Assembly (NCBI RefSeq): GCF_001194135.2
Contig: NC_068981.1
Span: 54,896,801-54,960,800, forward strand
DNA: 64,000 bases
Direction of reading: 5' to 3'
Source of the DNA: Octopus bimaculoides
Taxonomy: Eukaryota
Below, piece after piece: positions 25,250 to 37,836 of the stretch. The notes beneath the pieces were generated by a model. It searched no databases, had not been told where the DNA came from, and saw only the letters and a list, made by a program, of their open reading frames with translations. A program made the position numbers and the translations under genes. How positions within the stretch are numbered: the stretch's first letter is position 1; every line of letters begins with the position of its first letter.

Positions 25250-26400
25250 CTCCTGCACAACATAAGTCCACCGAAGTCTGTGGTACTTCATTCAGTTAAC
25301 TTGCAGGAGCACACTATCTCTAGTAGCAAATGTATTTCACCTGATCCATTGAGGACGTAGCCATCCTGCTAAGCATATCCTTTTATATTCCTCAAACATT
25401 TGAAGCCCAAAACTTCAAAACTCTCACATAGTTCTTCAGCTGCGATGCAGCTAGCTGTACGAGCAAAGAAGACAGTATAAAATATCTCGAGGAAATCACC
25501 CATCGTTAGTGATTTAGAGGCTCCTACCCACCACAACAACATTTTCAAGTCTATTATTAAAAAAAAATGTTGCATTGCACGCCCTGGCAGCTTTACCACC
25601 TAAAAAATTACCGCAAGCGTTCTGGTCTTATGTTAATGCTGTTGCTATCAGCTTTTAGAATGCTCGTATTCACCACTCCTCAGTACATTTTTTAGTTCTA
25701 GCCGCTGAACAAATCTTCACAATCTTAAAACATTTGCCTCTTACTCGGCAGTGCACAGACACAAGTAAGTTTTTCGAAAACTTCTCTTTTCCATGCCCAA
25801 TTAACTTGTCTAGATGACATTCATTCCTGCATTACCAAACGGAGTGTTTCTTCTGCCTACTTTAACCTCTCTAATGTCTTGTCGCTGTCATCCTTTTGAA
25901 TATCTAAACGATGATGTAAACTGTTAATAATTTCATTCACACACTGCATCTCCTTATATTTTTCTCCCTCTTCTGTGGCCCCCAGTTATAGCTTCTATAG
26001 AGATGTGCTCTTTTATGTCAGCCACTATGTTATAATTTTGTATTCCCGAACAACAATATCAAGTCTGTTGTGCTTTTATTTGGCTGCAATTTTTATTTTG
26101 GGGTTTACTTAATATTGCTCTGATCCAATGGTCTCAATGCGTTCATCTTTGATGTTTGTTCTTTTTTTCCTCTTATTTCAGTCTAGATTACTCCAGCTAA
26201 CATATCATAACTCTTTTTTAATGTCAATGACATTAGGTTTTACTGGAACATTCCATCAGTATTCTTTCATAGATGAGTATATTCTCTATATCATTATAGG
26301 CTTTTACATTTTCATATTCAGGGTTATCGTTTCTACGAGTTGTATAGTTTTGGCTACTATGTCGTGCCTTACAAATATATAATATCGTGATGATATTTTT
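25250..26400 (-). pseudogene. Heavily decayed retroelement remnant, possibly gag-protease
   Basis: Minus strand shows DMLAGV..EIRG, a broken CF.C..F.H.A zinc-knuckle-like stretch and LL..VGASKSL (DTGAS-like); many stops and frameshifts, so the assignment is tentative. Confidence 0.3.
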
Positions 26401-26454
26401 GGGCAGCTGTTTATAATAGGGCTCAGATCTCCAGTGTTAATTCCACATTCTGCA

Positions 26455-26598
26455 TTGTTCGTGGCTGAGTGGTAAGACGCTTGTTTCCCAACCACATGGT
26501 TCCGGATTCAACTCACCGAGTGGCACTTTTGGCAAGTGCCTTCTGCTATAGCTTCGGACCAGAGTGGATTTGGTAGATGAAAACTGTATGTGTGCGTG

Positions 26599-26635
<37 letters not shown>

Positions 26636-26760
26636 TTGTAGTGTCTTCGCTTGTCCTCCACCATTGATTGACAACTGGTGTTCTACAAGGTGGTGCCCCG
26701 GCGTGGCTGTAGCCTAATGTCTGAAATAAGTGAAAGATAAACGATAAAAGCTAAAACGAT
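26455..26760 (+). mobile_element. SINE family B (diverged, internal deletions)
   Basis: GTGGCTGAGTGGTAAG head, GAGTGGATTTGGTAGA domain, internal (TG)n, tail (AAAGATA)-like repeats. Confidence 0.85.
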
Positions 26761-27678
26761 AAGTTACTCGATTGTAATTATTCCCTAGCATATAATGTTA
26801 ACCGCTGTCAACAATACGTCGGTAGATCTGTCAAACAAGAAGACCAAAAAAGAAGGAAAAGACAACTAAGAAGAACAGGAAACAAAAGAAAGAAAACATG
26901 TATACGTGTATACATACATATGTAATTCACTACAGGTATATTGCACTCGACATTTCTAAAACACTCTAAAGATTCTCCGAGTTCCGTGGAATGAACATAT
27001 GCACACGTTCACATGCGTACATATACACGCTCACACACACATACGCACACAATCAACATACTTCTTGTGTTAAGAGATATGTACATCCATTGTATGAGTG
27101 TAATTATATTCACACATACACCAATATATATGCACAAACTAACTCCCTCAGATTTTCATAAATCACTCTCTCTCCTTGACACACACATAAAAGGCTTTGC
27201 CACTGTGTCAATGATCTCAGTACTTATTTTTAAAGTTTGGTGCTTATCTTATCGAGCCCTGTCTGTCGGAGCGCTAAGTTATAGTACAACAGAAAAAACA
27301 TAAAACATCAGAGTCCGTTATTCAAGTGGTGTTGGCATACAGAAATAGAGACGGATACGTAAGCACAAACGAACATACGGTGAGCTTCTGCATAGTTTCT
27401 TTCAACAAATTTCACCCTCAAAGCGTTTGGAAGCAGTCCGAGACTACATTATCACGCAAGGGACCATATCCGGAACCACATCATTGCGATGCAATACGTC
27501 CATGCCTTCGCATATATATATATATATANNNNNNNNNNTGTATGTATGTATGTATGTATGTATGTATATATATATATGTATGTATGCATATATATATATG
27601 ATTAATTTGATTAGAATATATATAAAAACGAGGACAACACAAAAGTACTCAACCTCACAAGAGTCTATTTAGTAATAG

Positions 27679-27827
27679 AATTCATATTTTCTGGCCTGTA
27701 TCTGCTACCATTGGTTTCATGTACACATGTGTACGATCTTCAGGCGAATGACTAATTCCCTTATGCCTGAAGATCGTACACATGTGTGCGTGAAACCAAT
27801 GGTAACAGATATATGTCGGAAAAAATG

Positions 27828-27831
<4 letters not shown>
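27679..27831. ncRNA. 67-bp-arm hairpin made of two inverted copies of a minimal hammerhead-ribozyme-like motif
   Basis: Arms 27679-27745 and 27765-27831 with 8 mismatches and a 19-nt loop. Each strand reads CTGAAGA-T-stem II-T-GAAAC-CAATG-GTA. The hairpin is seen directly; ribozyme identity is inferred. Confidence 0.6.
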
Positions 27832-27866
<35 letters not shown>

Positions 27867-29117
27867 TGTGTGTGTGTGTGCGTGTAATCAAATAATAAAT
27901 ATCAACATACTCTACACTGCTGAGTACGGTTTCTTTCGTTCCTACTGATAAAGAAGGAAATGCTCTCTCTCTCCACAGAATTGCTTGACATATATTTGTT
28001 GTTTACTACGTACAAATCCTATCTGCCTAATACTGCAGTATTTTTTGCAATTTTAAAATGCAGTAGTAAATATTCTTGATATGCTGCCATAAAAAATCAT
28101 GAAATTGTTATCTTTACAAGTCTGCTATCTGCAAAACAATAGGATTCTATATACAACGACACAGTTTTCCATCTAGCACAACGTTATAATTTAATAGCTT
28201 TCCCTTTCAAGACCACAAGTAACACAGGAAACCATAAGTGTTCACTTTTTCTTTCTTTTTCCTTCTTTTTTAAGCTAGACTGGTGGTGGTGTAAATTTTA
28301 ATTCTGTTCCTTCGCAGTGTTTGAAAATGTCTCTTGCGAAAGAAATTTTTAAATGAATAAAAACAAAAACGGTCTGAAGATAAACATTAAACTTTCTTTA
28401 GTGGAGTTTCCTACTTCCTTTTTTGCAGACATTTATTTATTTATTCACCACCCACATCACATCGTCTTCTTCTTCTTCTTCTTCTTCTTTCTCAGTCTTC
28501 ATACAGCCTGTTCTAATGAATCGTTGCTGCTATTTTCTGGTTTATACATGTCATCGAATCCAAAGAACCATTCATCCCAAGGAACAATTTCTCAGTTGAA
28601 AACGCTGATAGCCTCTGTTCTGGGCATATGCTCCCTCCTCATTGCGGTTCCTTAAAAATTACTCGGTGGTAGTTTTTTCCCCTCTTTCTACAAATGCCCT
28701 TTTAAGCGATACATGAAGTTGATTCAGAGGGGAAAGGTCCTCTCAGCCTCGTCCATCGTATTACATCATTCAGGATAATCACTAGACGTCGGAGAGCTGT
28801 CTGAATAATTACCTGTCCTTACTTTTCAGATAAACAAGGCATTAGGCTGATAATCACGCCCCTCTACTCTCTCACACGCGCGTACACACACACACACACA
28901 CACACACACANNNNNNNNNNNNNNNNNNNNNNNNNNNNNNNNNNNNNNNNNNNNNNNNNNNNNNNNNNNNNNNNNNNNNNNNNNNNNNNNNNNNNNNNNN
29001 NNNNNNNNNNNNNNNNNNNNNNNNNNNNNNNNNNNNNNNNNNNNNNNNNNNNNNNNNNNNNNNNNNNNNNNNNNNNNNNNNNNNNNNNNNNNNNNNNNNN
29101 NNNNNNNNNNNNNNNNN

Positions 29118-29164
<47 letters not shown>

Positions 29165-30881
29165 ATATATACACATTCATACATTCATACAACTTACTAG
29201 TTGCAATACACACATATATACACAAGCATGCACAACTTATAATATCTCCAACAGAAAAGAACGATAAAAACGGAGGGCGAATCTTTATAGTTCTTTTCTG
29301 TTGAAAATCCTTGACTGTGTTAACTTCATTAACGCTCGCTTCATTCTTAATGATACTATTTCGCTTTTTTCTGTCTTAAAGACATTTTCCTTTTCTTTCC
29401 CGTCCTCCTTTCTTCACAATAGACAGCCCCCTAAGACATCGGTTTCTCTTCCTTTCCTCCACAGCACAATGCATTGACTGTGTATTCCTGTTTGTTTCTT
29501 CCCCAACCCTTCTGATTTTCTTCGTGTGTCGCTCTGGATACATACACCAACTAACACATATACCAGTAGAGCTCATAGTGCAGACCTAATATTTGCTGCA
29601 TCAGGATATTTAAGTCATTCACAAAACTTTATGTAATAAACCATCGCATCACTGCTCCGGAGTAAGAAGGGAATTCAACCTTCTTGGTTTATTCTGAACT
29701 AACAAAAAGGCTTTTTTAAATTTTTTATTCATAGGTCAATAACCCCACCTCCCCAAAGCTAGCCTAGAAAATAAGCTTAACATAAAAATTCTATAAGTTA
29801 TCTACTAATAATTGTTCAATACTTTAATTGTCAGCCAGGTTAAATGTTACTTAACCCAGTATGAGAGCGACAGTATGTTAGTTCGTACAATGGTGTCAAC
29901 AATACGAGTTCGTAGCTAAGACCTAAATAAGTTATGAGAATCAGCTCGAATCACTATCATTACAGCATTATATTCCAGTATTATTAACTGTAGTTTTGAA
30001 CTGTGTAACGGGCTCGACCTGCTTTAACCACAATGTTCTCGATATAAATACGAACTGGATCTAATAGCTATTTACATTTTATAGTACCAGAAATAACTTT
30101 ACAATTCATAACCAGTACAGATTCGAACCTTTTATCAAATCCTGCGTTCTACTACAGAGCCACCGATCAACTGTTACACTTTCCATTTTTACGTTTCCTT
30201 TTGGTAACTTGATGTAATTCTTTTAGTATATAATCTGCAAAAGGAAGCTGTAAATATGTTTAGCTTGTTATGTTTCCGCGTGTTAAGTCACATTGAATGT
30301 ACTATTTCATACAACAGACACTTTAGTTGAAAGTTTTAGGGGGGAAATGTAGCCAGCTATTATACCGATACTGTTGTCTACACGGTAATGTTTCTTACAT
30401 ATAATCTTTCACTTTTATTCCATGCATATATTTTATTACATTTTAAATAAAGATGATAGTGCTCCGTCTTGAAATATCTGCTACTTTTTGGTGTGAGTTT
30501 CCCGCAGAAATATTGTATAGGGGCCAATAAATGTATTCAGTTCCTAAAAGTACCTCTTCTCTCCGATGATAGCCACAGAGCCATCTGTTATTTCAAATGT
30601 TAGAGAAATATTCTTTTCAAAAATAGTATGAATCATCGTCGTTGTCGTCATCATCTGAACCGATAATAGAAAATTACTATCATTCATTCATGACTTCCTA
30701 ATTCTTTCAACAGTCCAAATACACGCAACGCCATTATTTTTCTCCCTTTCTCAGTTCCCAACTCGCTCATATTCCTTCTCCTCCTCCTCCTCTCTCTCTT
30801 ATATATATATATATATATNNNNNNNNNNNNNNNNNNNNNNNNNNNNNNNNNNNNNNNNNNNNNNNNNNNNNNNNNNNNNNN

Positions 30882-30918
<37 letters not shown>

Positions 30919-31379
30919 GCAGCAGAAATATAACAAAAGTTGTTACTCAGAGTTTCACATTCCCGTTCGCCGGATAGTTTTGTTAAAATAGAACAGGAAA
31001 AACGATATGATCAAAACTAGTTAAAGGATACACCTTTAAAAATGGATTTGTTTCTTGGTCCTTTCAATTAACGGTCTTAAGCATGCAAAGAGCAAAATAA
31101 ACAAATGAATGAATTCAATATAAATTCATCTTATTATAAAAATCGAGGAAAACCTTAAATCGAAGAGCGGATTCAAAATTCATATTGCAAATAATTATAT
31201 ACAAAATATAATTCGATTATACATTAAAAATTAAAATTAAAACTAAAATTTCCACGTTGTATTACAACAGAATAATGTCCCTTAATTTTGGAGAGAAAAA
31301 TGTGCCTGATTATATTCCTCTTTCACAGTTGTTAAGCAATATTTCGAAGATAATAAAGTAAACAAAAGCAAGACAATAA

Positions 31380-31810
31380 AGAAATGTCGATATATATTTA
31401 AAAGACGGCAAACGAGATTGATCTACAGAAAGCTACGCTTAGCACGAGAGCATATTAATAATTACATATCTAGCCACCATAAATATAAAAACTATAAAAA
31501 AGAAAATGCTTGGAAAAAGTAAAAAGAGGATACGACTACAAACTGCTTAGCGGCAAACAAGAGTTAAAAGATATCAAAGAGAAACTCTAACATCAAAATA
31601 AAGTAATTAAAAGAGAAATAATTAAGAAATGCGCTCAGCATTCTACAAAGATATGAGGAAAGAGAATAACCAATAAAAATTATAGGGAGTTTCTCAGAAA
31701 TAAATGAATTTCTTTTGGAAAAATCCGGAGTGAGAATAAGAAGTTTAACCTGGATGCAGTGCGACTAAGAGAAATCCTAAGTAAATATTATTCTTGCATT
31801 AGGACAAACA
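31380..31810 (+). pseudogene. Decayed R4/Dong-like LINE fragment (pre-RT region)
   Basis: Lys/Glu-rich broken frames including LQRYEER and LREILSKYY, resembling 39852-40058; weak. Confidence 0.35.
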
Positions 31811-32250
31811 CACAATATCAATGATGATACCTCTAAATCGTGATAAGAAAAATTCACGATAGGAAAGCACTAGGAAGATATTTGATTTTCGGTTACATAT
31901 AGAAGTGATGAAGTGCATCTGTAGATTCAGTCCGAATACACGAGATAAATAACATTTAGAGATTCGGAAGGGAGCTTCTTGCGAAGCGAAGTATTTCTTG
32001 ACTGGTAATCAGAGATATACACCCAGGAAAGCCGAACAGTTTTAACATAAGAAAACATTAGGTGAAAAACTTTCTGCGGATTAGCAAAAGATCGTGCTGA
32101 GCTATGTCTGTTTACACAGTAGAAAATATTTATGCATACATATAGACATACAATACATAGAGATGGCTCCATATCAATGCTGCCTAAATTCTAATGAAAA
32201 ACTTTTGTTTCTTGGTTGGAATCTTGGTTTCCTCAATTGGGGAAAAGATT

Positions 32251-32342
<92 letters not shown>

Positions 32343-32732
32343 GTATGTATGTATATCTATGTATGTATGTATGTATGTATTCACATATATATATTTATAT
32401 TAGAGAGAGAGAGGGGGGGAAAGAGAGAGAGCCATAGTAGCCGTAAATAGTAACATCGAATGAATTTTGAAGTTATCTTTTCTTGTCAGACTGAACTTAC
32501 GGCTGCAGGCCTTCTTTCTCTATAATTGTTTTATATCTGCAACAGACTAAAGACATTCTCGCAACATCCCTCCCATAAGTCCTTTTATCAGCATCCATCA
32601 GATGTCGAAGCATTATTAAATTTACTAATAATTGTCAATTTTCTTTGAAAGTAGACTTTTATCTCTAATTTCAAGATTTTATGTGTATCATATGAACACA
32701 AATAACACATACACAAACACACACATACAGAG

Positions 32733-32785
<53 letters not shown>

Positions 32786-32961
32786 TCTGAAGGCTGTGAA
32801 AGGACACATGACGGCGTTAGACGCCGAGAATAATGTTGTATTTTAAATAAAGTGGTTCGTTAGAGACGGTTATGCATTTCAGTTAACACTAGCTCTTCAA
32901 ACGTGTTTTGTGTGTGTACAATGTGTGCGTGTGTAGTTATATATATATATATATATATATA

Positions 32962-33690
32962 CGAGGTGGTATCAAAATGTTCTCGGACTAGTTCTGTAGC
33001 GCACCGACAAATGGAAGCATACGGTTGCGTGTGCAGTGAGAGCTAGCAGTGAACTTCATGAAGCAGTGTGCCGAGTGCTATCGCTGTGTTTACTTCGCAA
33101 GTTGTGAAATTTGTGCTTTTGTGATCACGTGTATGCTGTAGTCTGCGATTTTGCCATGGATAAAGAACCAACGTGAAATTTTGCGTTAAACTTAAGAAGT
33201 CTGCTACAGAGACATTGAGCATGCTTTAGCAAGCTTTCGGTGACGAGGCAATAGGTCTTACGCAATGTTTCGAGTGGCACGGACGCTTCAAAAGCGAAAG
33301 AACGTCCCTGGAAGACGATGAGCAATCTTGAAGATCTTCCAGGAGCTTCAACCCCGGAAATGTGGTTTTGTGCATCAAGAATTCGTCCCCCAGGGCCATA
33401 CCATCAATTAAGGGTTCTACTGTGATGTTTTGAAGCGTTTGAGGAGGACGCTCGGTGAAAGCAACCGGACCTATGGAGCGCGAAGAACAGGATTCTTTTC
33501 GAAGACAATTCACCCTGTCACCAAGCTCCCCTCACTCGTGAGTTTCTCGCCAAAAATAACATGGTATCGCTTCCGCACCTGCCCTATTCGCTAGATTTAG
33601 CACCAGCAGACTTCTACTTCTTCCCCAAGATAAAAATGCAGCTCAAAGGTCACCGTTTTAACACCGTTGTGGAGATCCAGAGTGACATTT
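32962..33690 (+). mobile_element. Mariner transposon, internally deleted and 3'-truncated
   Basis: TA|CGAGGTGGTATCAAAA terminus; ATG 33156; KSATETLSML, QCFEWHGRFK, EDD; a deletion near 33360 removes WVP and the first D; then VHQEFVP, EDNSPCH, PYSLDLAPADFYFFPKIK. Confidence 0.92.
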
Positions 33691-33790
33691 TCAGCAAAGC
33701 ACAAAATAAGGTTGATTTGTATGGTTTATCAAAATAAATGCTAAATTCATTATAGAAAAGTGTTTGCCAACTGTCTTTTTCCAGTCACTG
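33691..33790. mobile_element. Single terminus of a Tc1-like element
   Basis: Ends CTTTTTCCAGTCACTG|TA (CAGT-type TIR); no partner end found. Confidence 0.45.
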
Positions 33791-33810
33791 TATATCTGTG
33801 ATTTTTTAAA

Positions 33811-34022
33811 AACGTTTCTAGACCATCACAATCTCATTACCAAGAATTGAATTTGTATATTTAGCGTTTGTTTTGTTTCTTATATATTGTTTGAATTCAT
33901 ATAGATTTTCTCACCAAATGTTTTGTTTTCAACCGTTGTATCAGCAGTCACGTATTGGTTTTGGCATCGTATTGCGATATAAGCAAGATATACATTCATA
34001 CATGCGCTTGCAAGTACACAGG

Positions 34023-34081
<59 letters not shown>

Positions 34082-34140
34082 CTGTAAAAGAGAGCAGTTC
34101 TTCTTTCCCTCCCGGAAAATGTTATAAGCTTATAACATTT
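33811..34140. repeat. Inverted duplication, copy 1 (partner 36922-37573)
   Basis: Reverse complement aligns along ~280 unique bp to 36934-37573 once the SINE at 37032-37391 is removed. Confidence 0.9.
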
Positions 34141-34454
34141 CGAAAGGGATCTTTTAAAAATATTGTAGTGGACTACTTTGAGATATATTTTCGCTATTTC
34201 CGCCAGATCGAACGACTGTGTTGAGTCTTCCTTTTTAGTTCTTATCATTTCTAATTGTATTTGTACTAGATTTAGTCTTTAAATCTACAACCTAAACCAT
34301 ACCAATTCAACCACTGTTTAATTTTATTTCTCACACTCAGAACAATACGCTCTATTCTAAGCTCGATCATTTATGATTATCAGTACTCACTAACATATAT
34401 AATCCTCTTGATTTCAGACACAGAAATAGTAAGAGTAATGTCCAGGCAACCTCC

Positions 34455-34870
34455 AAATGTATTCTTTTCTACTCTAGGCACACAGCCCGAAATTTTGGGG
34501 GAGGGGGCCAGTCGATTAGATCGACCCAGTACGCAACTGGTACTTAATTTATCGATCTCTGAAAGGATGAAAGGCAAAGTCGATCTCGGCGGAATTTGAA
34601 CCCAGAGCGTAATGACGAAGTAACACTAAGCATTTCACCAAGCGTATTAACGTTTCTGATAGCTCGCCGCCTTAAAAATATTCTTTTCTACTCTAGGCAC
34701 AAGGCCCGAAATTTTTGGGAAAGGGGGCCAGTAGATTCGATCGACCCCGGTACTCAACTGGTACTTAATTTATCGATCCCGAAAGGATGAAAGGCAAAGT
34801 CGACCTCGGCGGAATTTGAACTCAGAACCTAACGCCAGACGAAATACTGCTAAGCATTTCGCCCGACATC
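34455..34870 (-). mobile_element. Head-to-tail dimer of SINE family A
   Basis: Two copies (34455-34675, 34683-34870), each starting TATTCTTTTCTACTCTAGGCACA on + and containing TGAAAGGCAAAGTCGA(T/C)CTCGGCGGAATTTGAAC; the second lacks its head. Confidence 0.92.
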
Positions 34871-35641
34871 AAATGTTTTAATAGTATAAAGTGAAATATC
34901 ACCAATTAAAATCCGAAACCGGGAATCGAACTTAGTTCGCCAGGAGCTAATCTGTTTTCCAATAATGCACACTTTCCTTTTCTGAATCATACATTTCCCA
35001 AAGATGGAAATGTTTTGTTGCTCTGTTATATGTATATTTTCTTCTCACACAGATATTTTTTTTTTTTTTTCAGAATAAATGTTGTGCTTGATTTGGAGCT
35101 TTTTGTCTGTGAAGCAAAGGATAAGTCGACTTTTTTTTTCATTATTAAAGTTGTTTACCAGCAACAGTAAAAGAAACTAACAAAATAACAGATTTAGGTC
35201 GGTTAACGAGTCGAATGAAATCCAATGCTACAGCACGGATAGACAAAATAACCCAATGACACAAGTCCTGATTTAATATTTTGTCACTTAAAACGATAAT
35301 CTTCCACTTACTGGCCGTCTTACGAACAAACCAGATGTTAATCATTTCTCATCTTATGTCACAAGATCTCAGGAAAGTTTCTCTTCTTCCAGTTCCAGTT
35401 GCGTTTAACTTACATTTTCACTTCTTTTACTTTGTCGCTAATGTTTACAAATGATTGACCGACTTAAACAAACTATTCAAGCAGACACAAAGTAGGAGAT
35501 TCCAGCTTCAAAAGCACAAAACTCTTAACGGATTTTGTAAACAACACCATCTATATGCAATTATAAACATACACCTACTTGAGCGTAACGAAATATTTCG
35601 AATTGCTCATACACATCTATTCCCGTACAAGCACACACACA

Positions 35642-35684
<43 letters not shown>

Positions 35685-35687
35685 ATA

Positions 35688-35848
35688 AGCGCAGACATGG
35701 CTGTGTGGTAAGAATCTTGCTTCTCAATCACATGATTCCGGGTTCAGTCCCATTGCTTGGCACCTTAGGGAAGTGTCATCTACTATAGCCTTGGGCCGAC
35801 CAAAGCCTAGTGAGTGGATCTGGTAGACAGAAACTGAAAGAAGCTCGT

Positions 35849-35850
<2 letters not shown>
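35688..35850 (+). mobile_element. SINE family B, 5' half, running into a compound (CA)/(TA) tract
   Basis: GGCTGTGTGGTAAG, GGGTTCAGTCCC, GTGAGTGGATCTGGTAGACAGAAACTGAAAGAAGCTCGTCG. Confidence 0.9.
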
Positions 35851-35916
<66 letters not shown>

Positions 35917-35950
35917 CACACACACCTATCCATGCACATGCACGCCCATG

Positions 35951-35992
<42 letters not shown>

Positions 35993-35993
<1 letters not shown>

Positions 35994-36260
35994 GTGGTGG
36001 TTGTCTACTCCTTATGCAGAGTTTGACCACCTCCTATACCTACAACTTAGAACCATCATGGCATCTGATGTGGTTTTTAAACCAGACAATGTTCTGAAAA
36101 GGCACCCACATACATTGCATATCCGATTTGGACCACCAAGTGCTGCAGATAAGTTTTGATCTTTGTGGAATGTCTTTTGAGGCTTCCGTTAGATTTGCAA
36201 ACCTTCTGGCATACATTGCATTCAAATGTGTGCATAGACATATAGGCAGAATAGTTTTGT
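35993..36260 (-). pseudogene. Two frameshifted C2H2 zinc fingers, probably the 3' end of an RTE-like LINE
   Basis: FECNVCQKVCKSNGSLKRH and ICNVCGCLFRTLSGLK/NHIRCH* on the minus strand, non-TGEKP linker, short 3' UTR ending in a microsatellite. Confidence 0.7.
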
Positions 36261-36921
36261 ACTGTTAAACGCTTTTAGGCGGCAGTATTTTCTCTAGAGA
36301 CAGTGCCTTTAAAATACAATTTACTTCAAGACAAGGCGAAACGAATCGCCCCGTAGGTAAACGAGAACGACAGATATTGATTTTTAGTAGTTATTTCAGC
36401 TCATCAGTTAATTTCACGAGCAGGCTCATCGCGCGCTCGAGACGAACTCGAATCGCTTAGCCTCAAATATGTACAGATAGTGGAAAATCTATCTACTCAT
36501 GTGCATCAGCGTCACACAAGTAAAACAAAATTCAAAATTTGTCTTAGAAGCAGTTCTCTAATGTAAAGATTATCAATGTTACATACTCAATGTATCTATG
36601 TTGTTAAACGTTTGTAGACTGCAGGTCTTTGTCAAAGAAACGGTTCTTTTAAAGACGTAGAGTATTTAAAAAATACAGTATACTTCAAATCCAAGCGAAA
36701 CAAATCACTCCGGAGTTGTCGCGGTGTATATTATTAGTTATGGCACACAACTGGTCAGAATGCCACCGACTGCTTCGTACCGACTAGCCGACAGCTGCAC
36801 TAGGCAATATTGATTGCTCTTCGTACATGGTGGTCCGGAAGCGCGTAGATATTTATGCAGTTTTATGCTGGAGATATTTATAGTCTTACTTGGCTCGGTG
36901 TTGATAAAAAAGAAGCGGAAC

Positions 36922-37573
36922 GAAAACGTTCTTAAGCTTATAACATTTTCTGGGAGGAAAAGAAGAGCTGCTCCTTTTTACAGACGTGTGTGTGTGCTTG
37001 CGCTCGCATGTATGTATATCATGCTTATATCAGTGGAGGCGCAATGGCCCAGTGGTTAGGGCAGCGGACTCGCAGTCGGGCGTTGTGAGTGCTTATTGAG
37101 CGAAAACACCTAAAGTTCCACGAGATTCTGGCAGGGGATGGTGGCGAACCTTGCTGTACTCTTACACCACAACTTTCCCTCTCACTCTTTCTTCCTGTTT
37201 CTGTTGTACCTGTATTTCAAAGGGCCAGCCTTGTGACACTCTGTGTCACGCTGAATCTCCCCGAGAAGTACATTAAGGGTACAGGTGTCTGTGGAGTGCT
37301 CAGCCTCTTCCACGTTAATTTCACGAGCAGGAGTTCCGTTGATCGGATCAACTGGAACCCTCGTCGTCGTAACCGACAGAATGCCAACCACCATGCTTAT
37401 ATCGTAACACGATGCCAAAATAAATACGTGGCTGCTGACGCATGATGCAGCGGTTGAAAAACACATTTGATGAAAAAGTCTATATGAATTCAAACTGTAT
37501 CCAAGAAACATATCAAACGCTAAGTATACAAATTCAATTTTTGATAACGAGATTGTGAATGCCCAGAAACGTT
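36922..37573. repeat. Inverted duplication, copy 2 (interrupted by a SINE)
   Basis: See 33811-34140. Confidence 0.9.
37032..37391 (+). mobile_element. tRNA-derived SINE, family C, with 12-bp TSD
   Basis: GGAGGCGCAATGGCCCAGTGGTTAGGGCAGCGGACTCG head; CATGCTTATATC duplicated at 37020-37031 and 37392-37403; a tiny antisense fragment of the same family lies at ~54410-54450. Confidence 0.92.
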
Positions 37574-37625
37574 GGATATGAATTTAGGAACTCTACTGTT
37601 CCAAACAAATTGTGAAAATATAGAA

Positions 37626-37836
37626 TTTACTCTAGGAACAAGGCCCGAAACTTTGGGGGACGGGACCAGTCGATTAGATCTATTCCAGTACGCAACTGGT
37701 ACTTAATTTATCGACCCCGAAAAGAAGGAAAGCAAAGTCGACCTCGGCGTAATTTGAACTTAGAACATAAAGACAGACGAAATGCCGGTAAGCATTTCGC
37801 TCGTCGGGCTAACGTTTCTGCCAGCTCGTCGACTTA
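37626..37836 (-). mobile_element. SINE family A
   Basis: Complete head, core and tail similar to 34683-34870. Confidence 0.9.

Noticed and set aside
28500-28800. Protein-like minus-strand stretch EIVPWDEWFFGFDDMYKPE
   Set aside because: The frame has four stops in ~87 codons and no recognisable family.
36384-36410. CTGATGA-GCT-GAAA on the minus strand
   Set aside because: Only 3 nt between the boxes; stem II cannot form.
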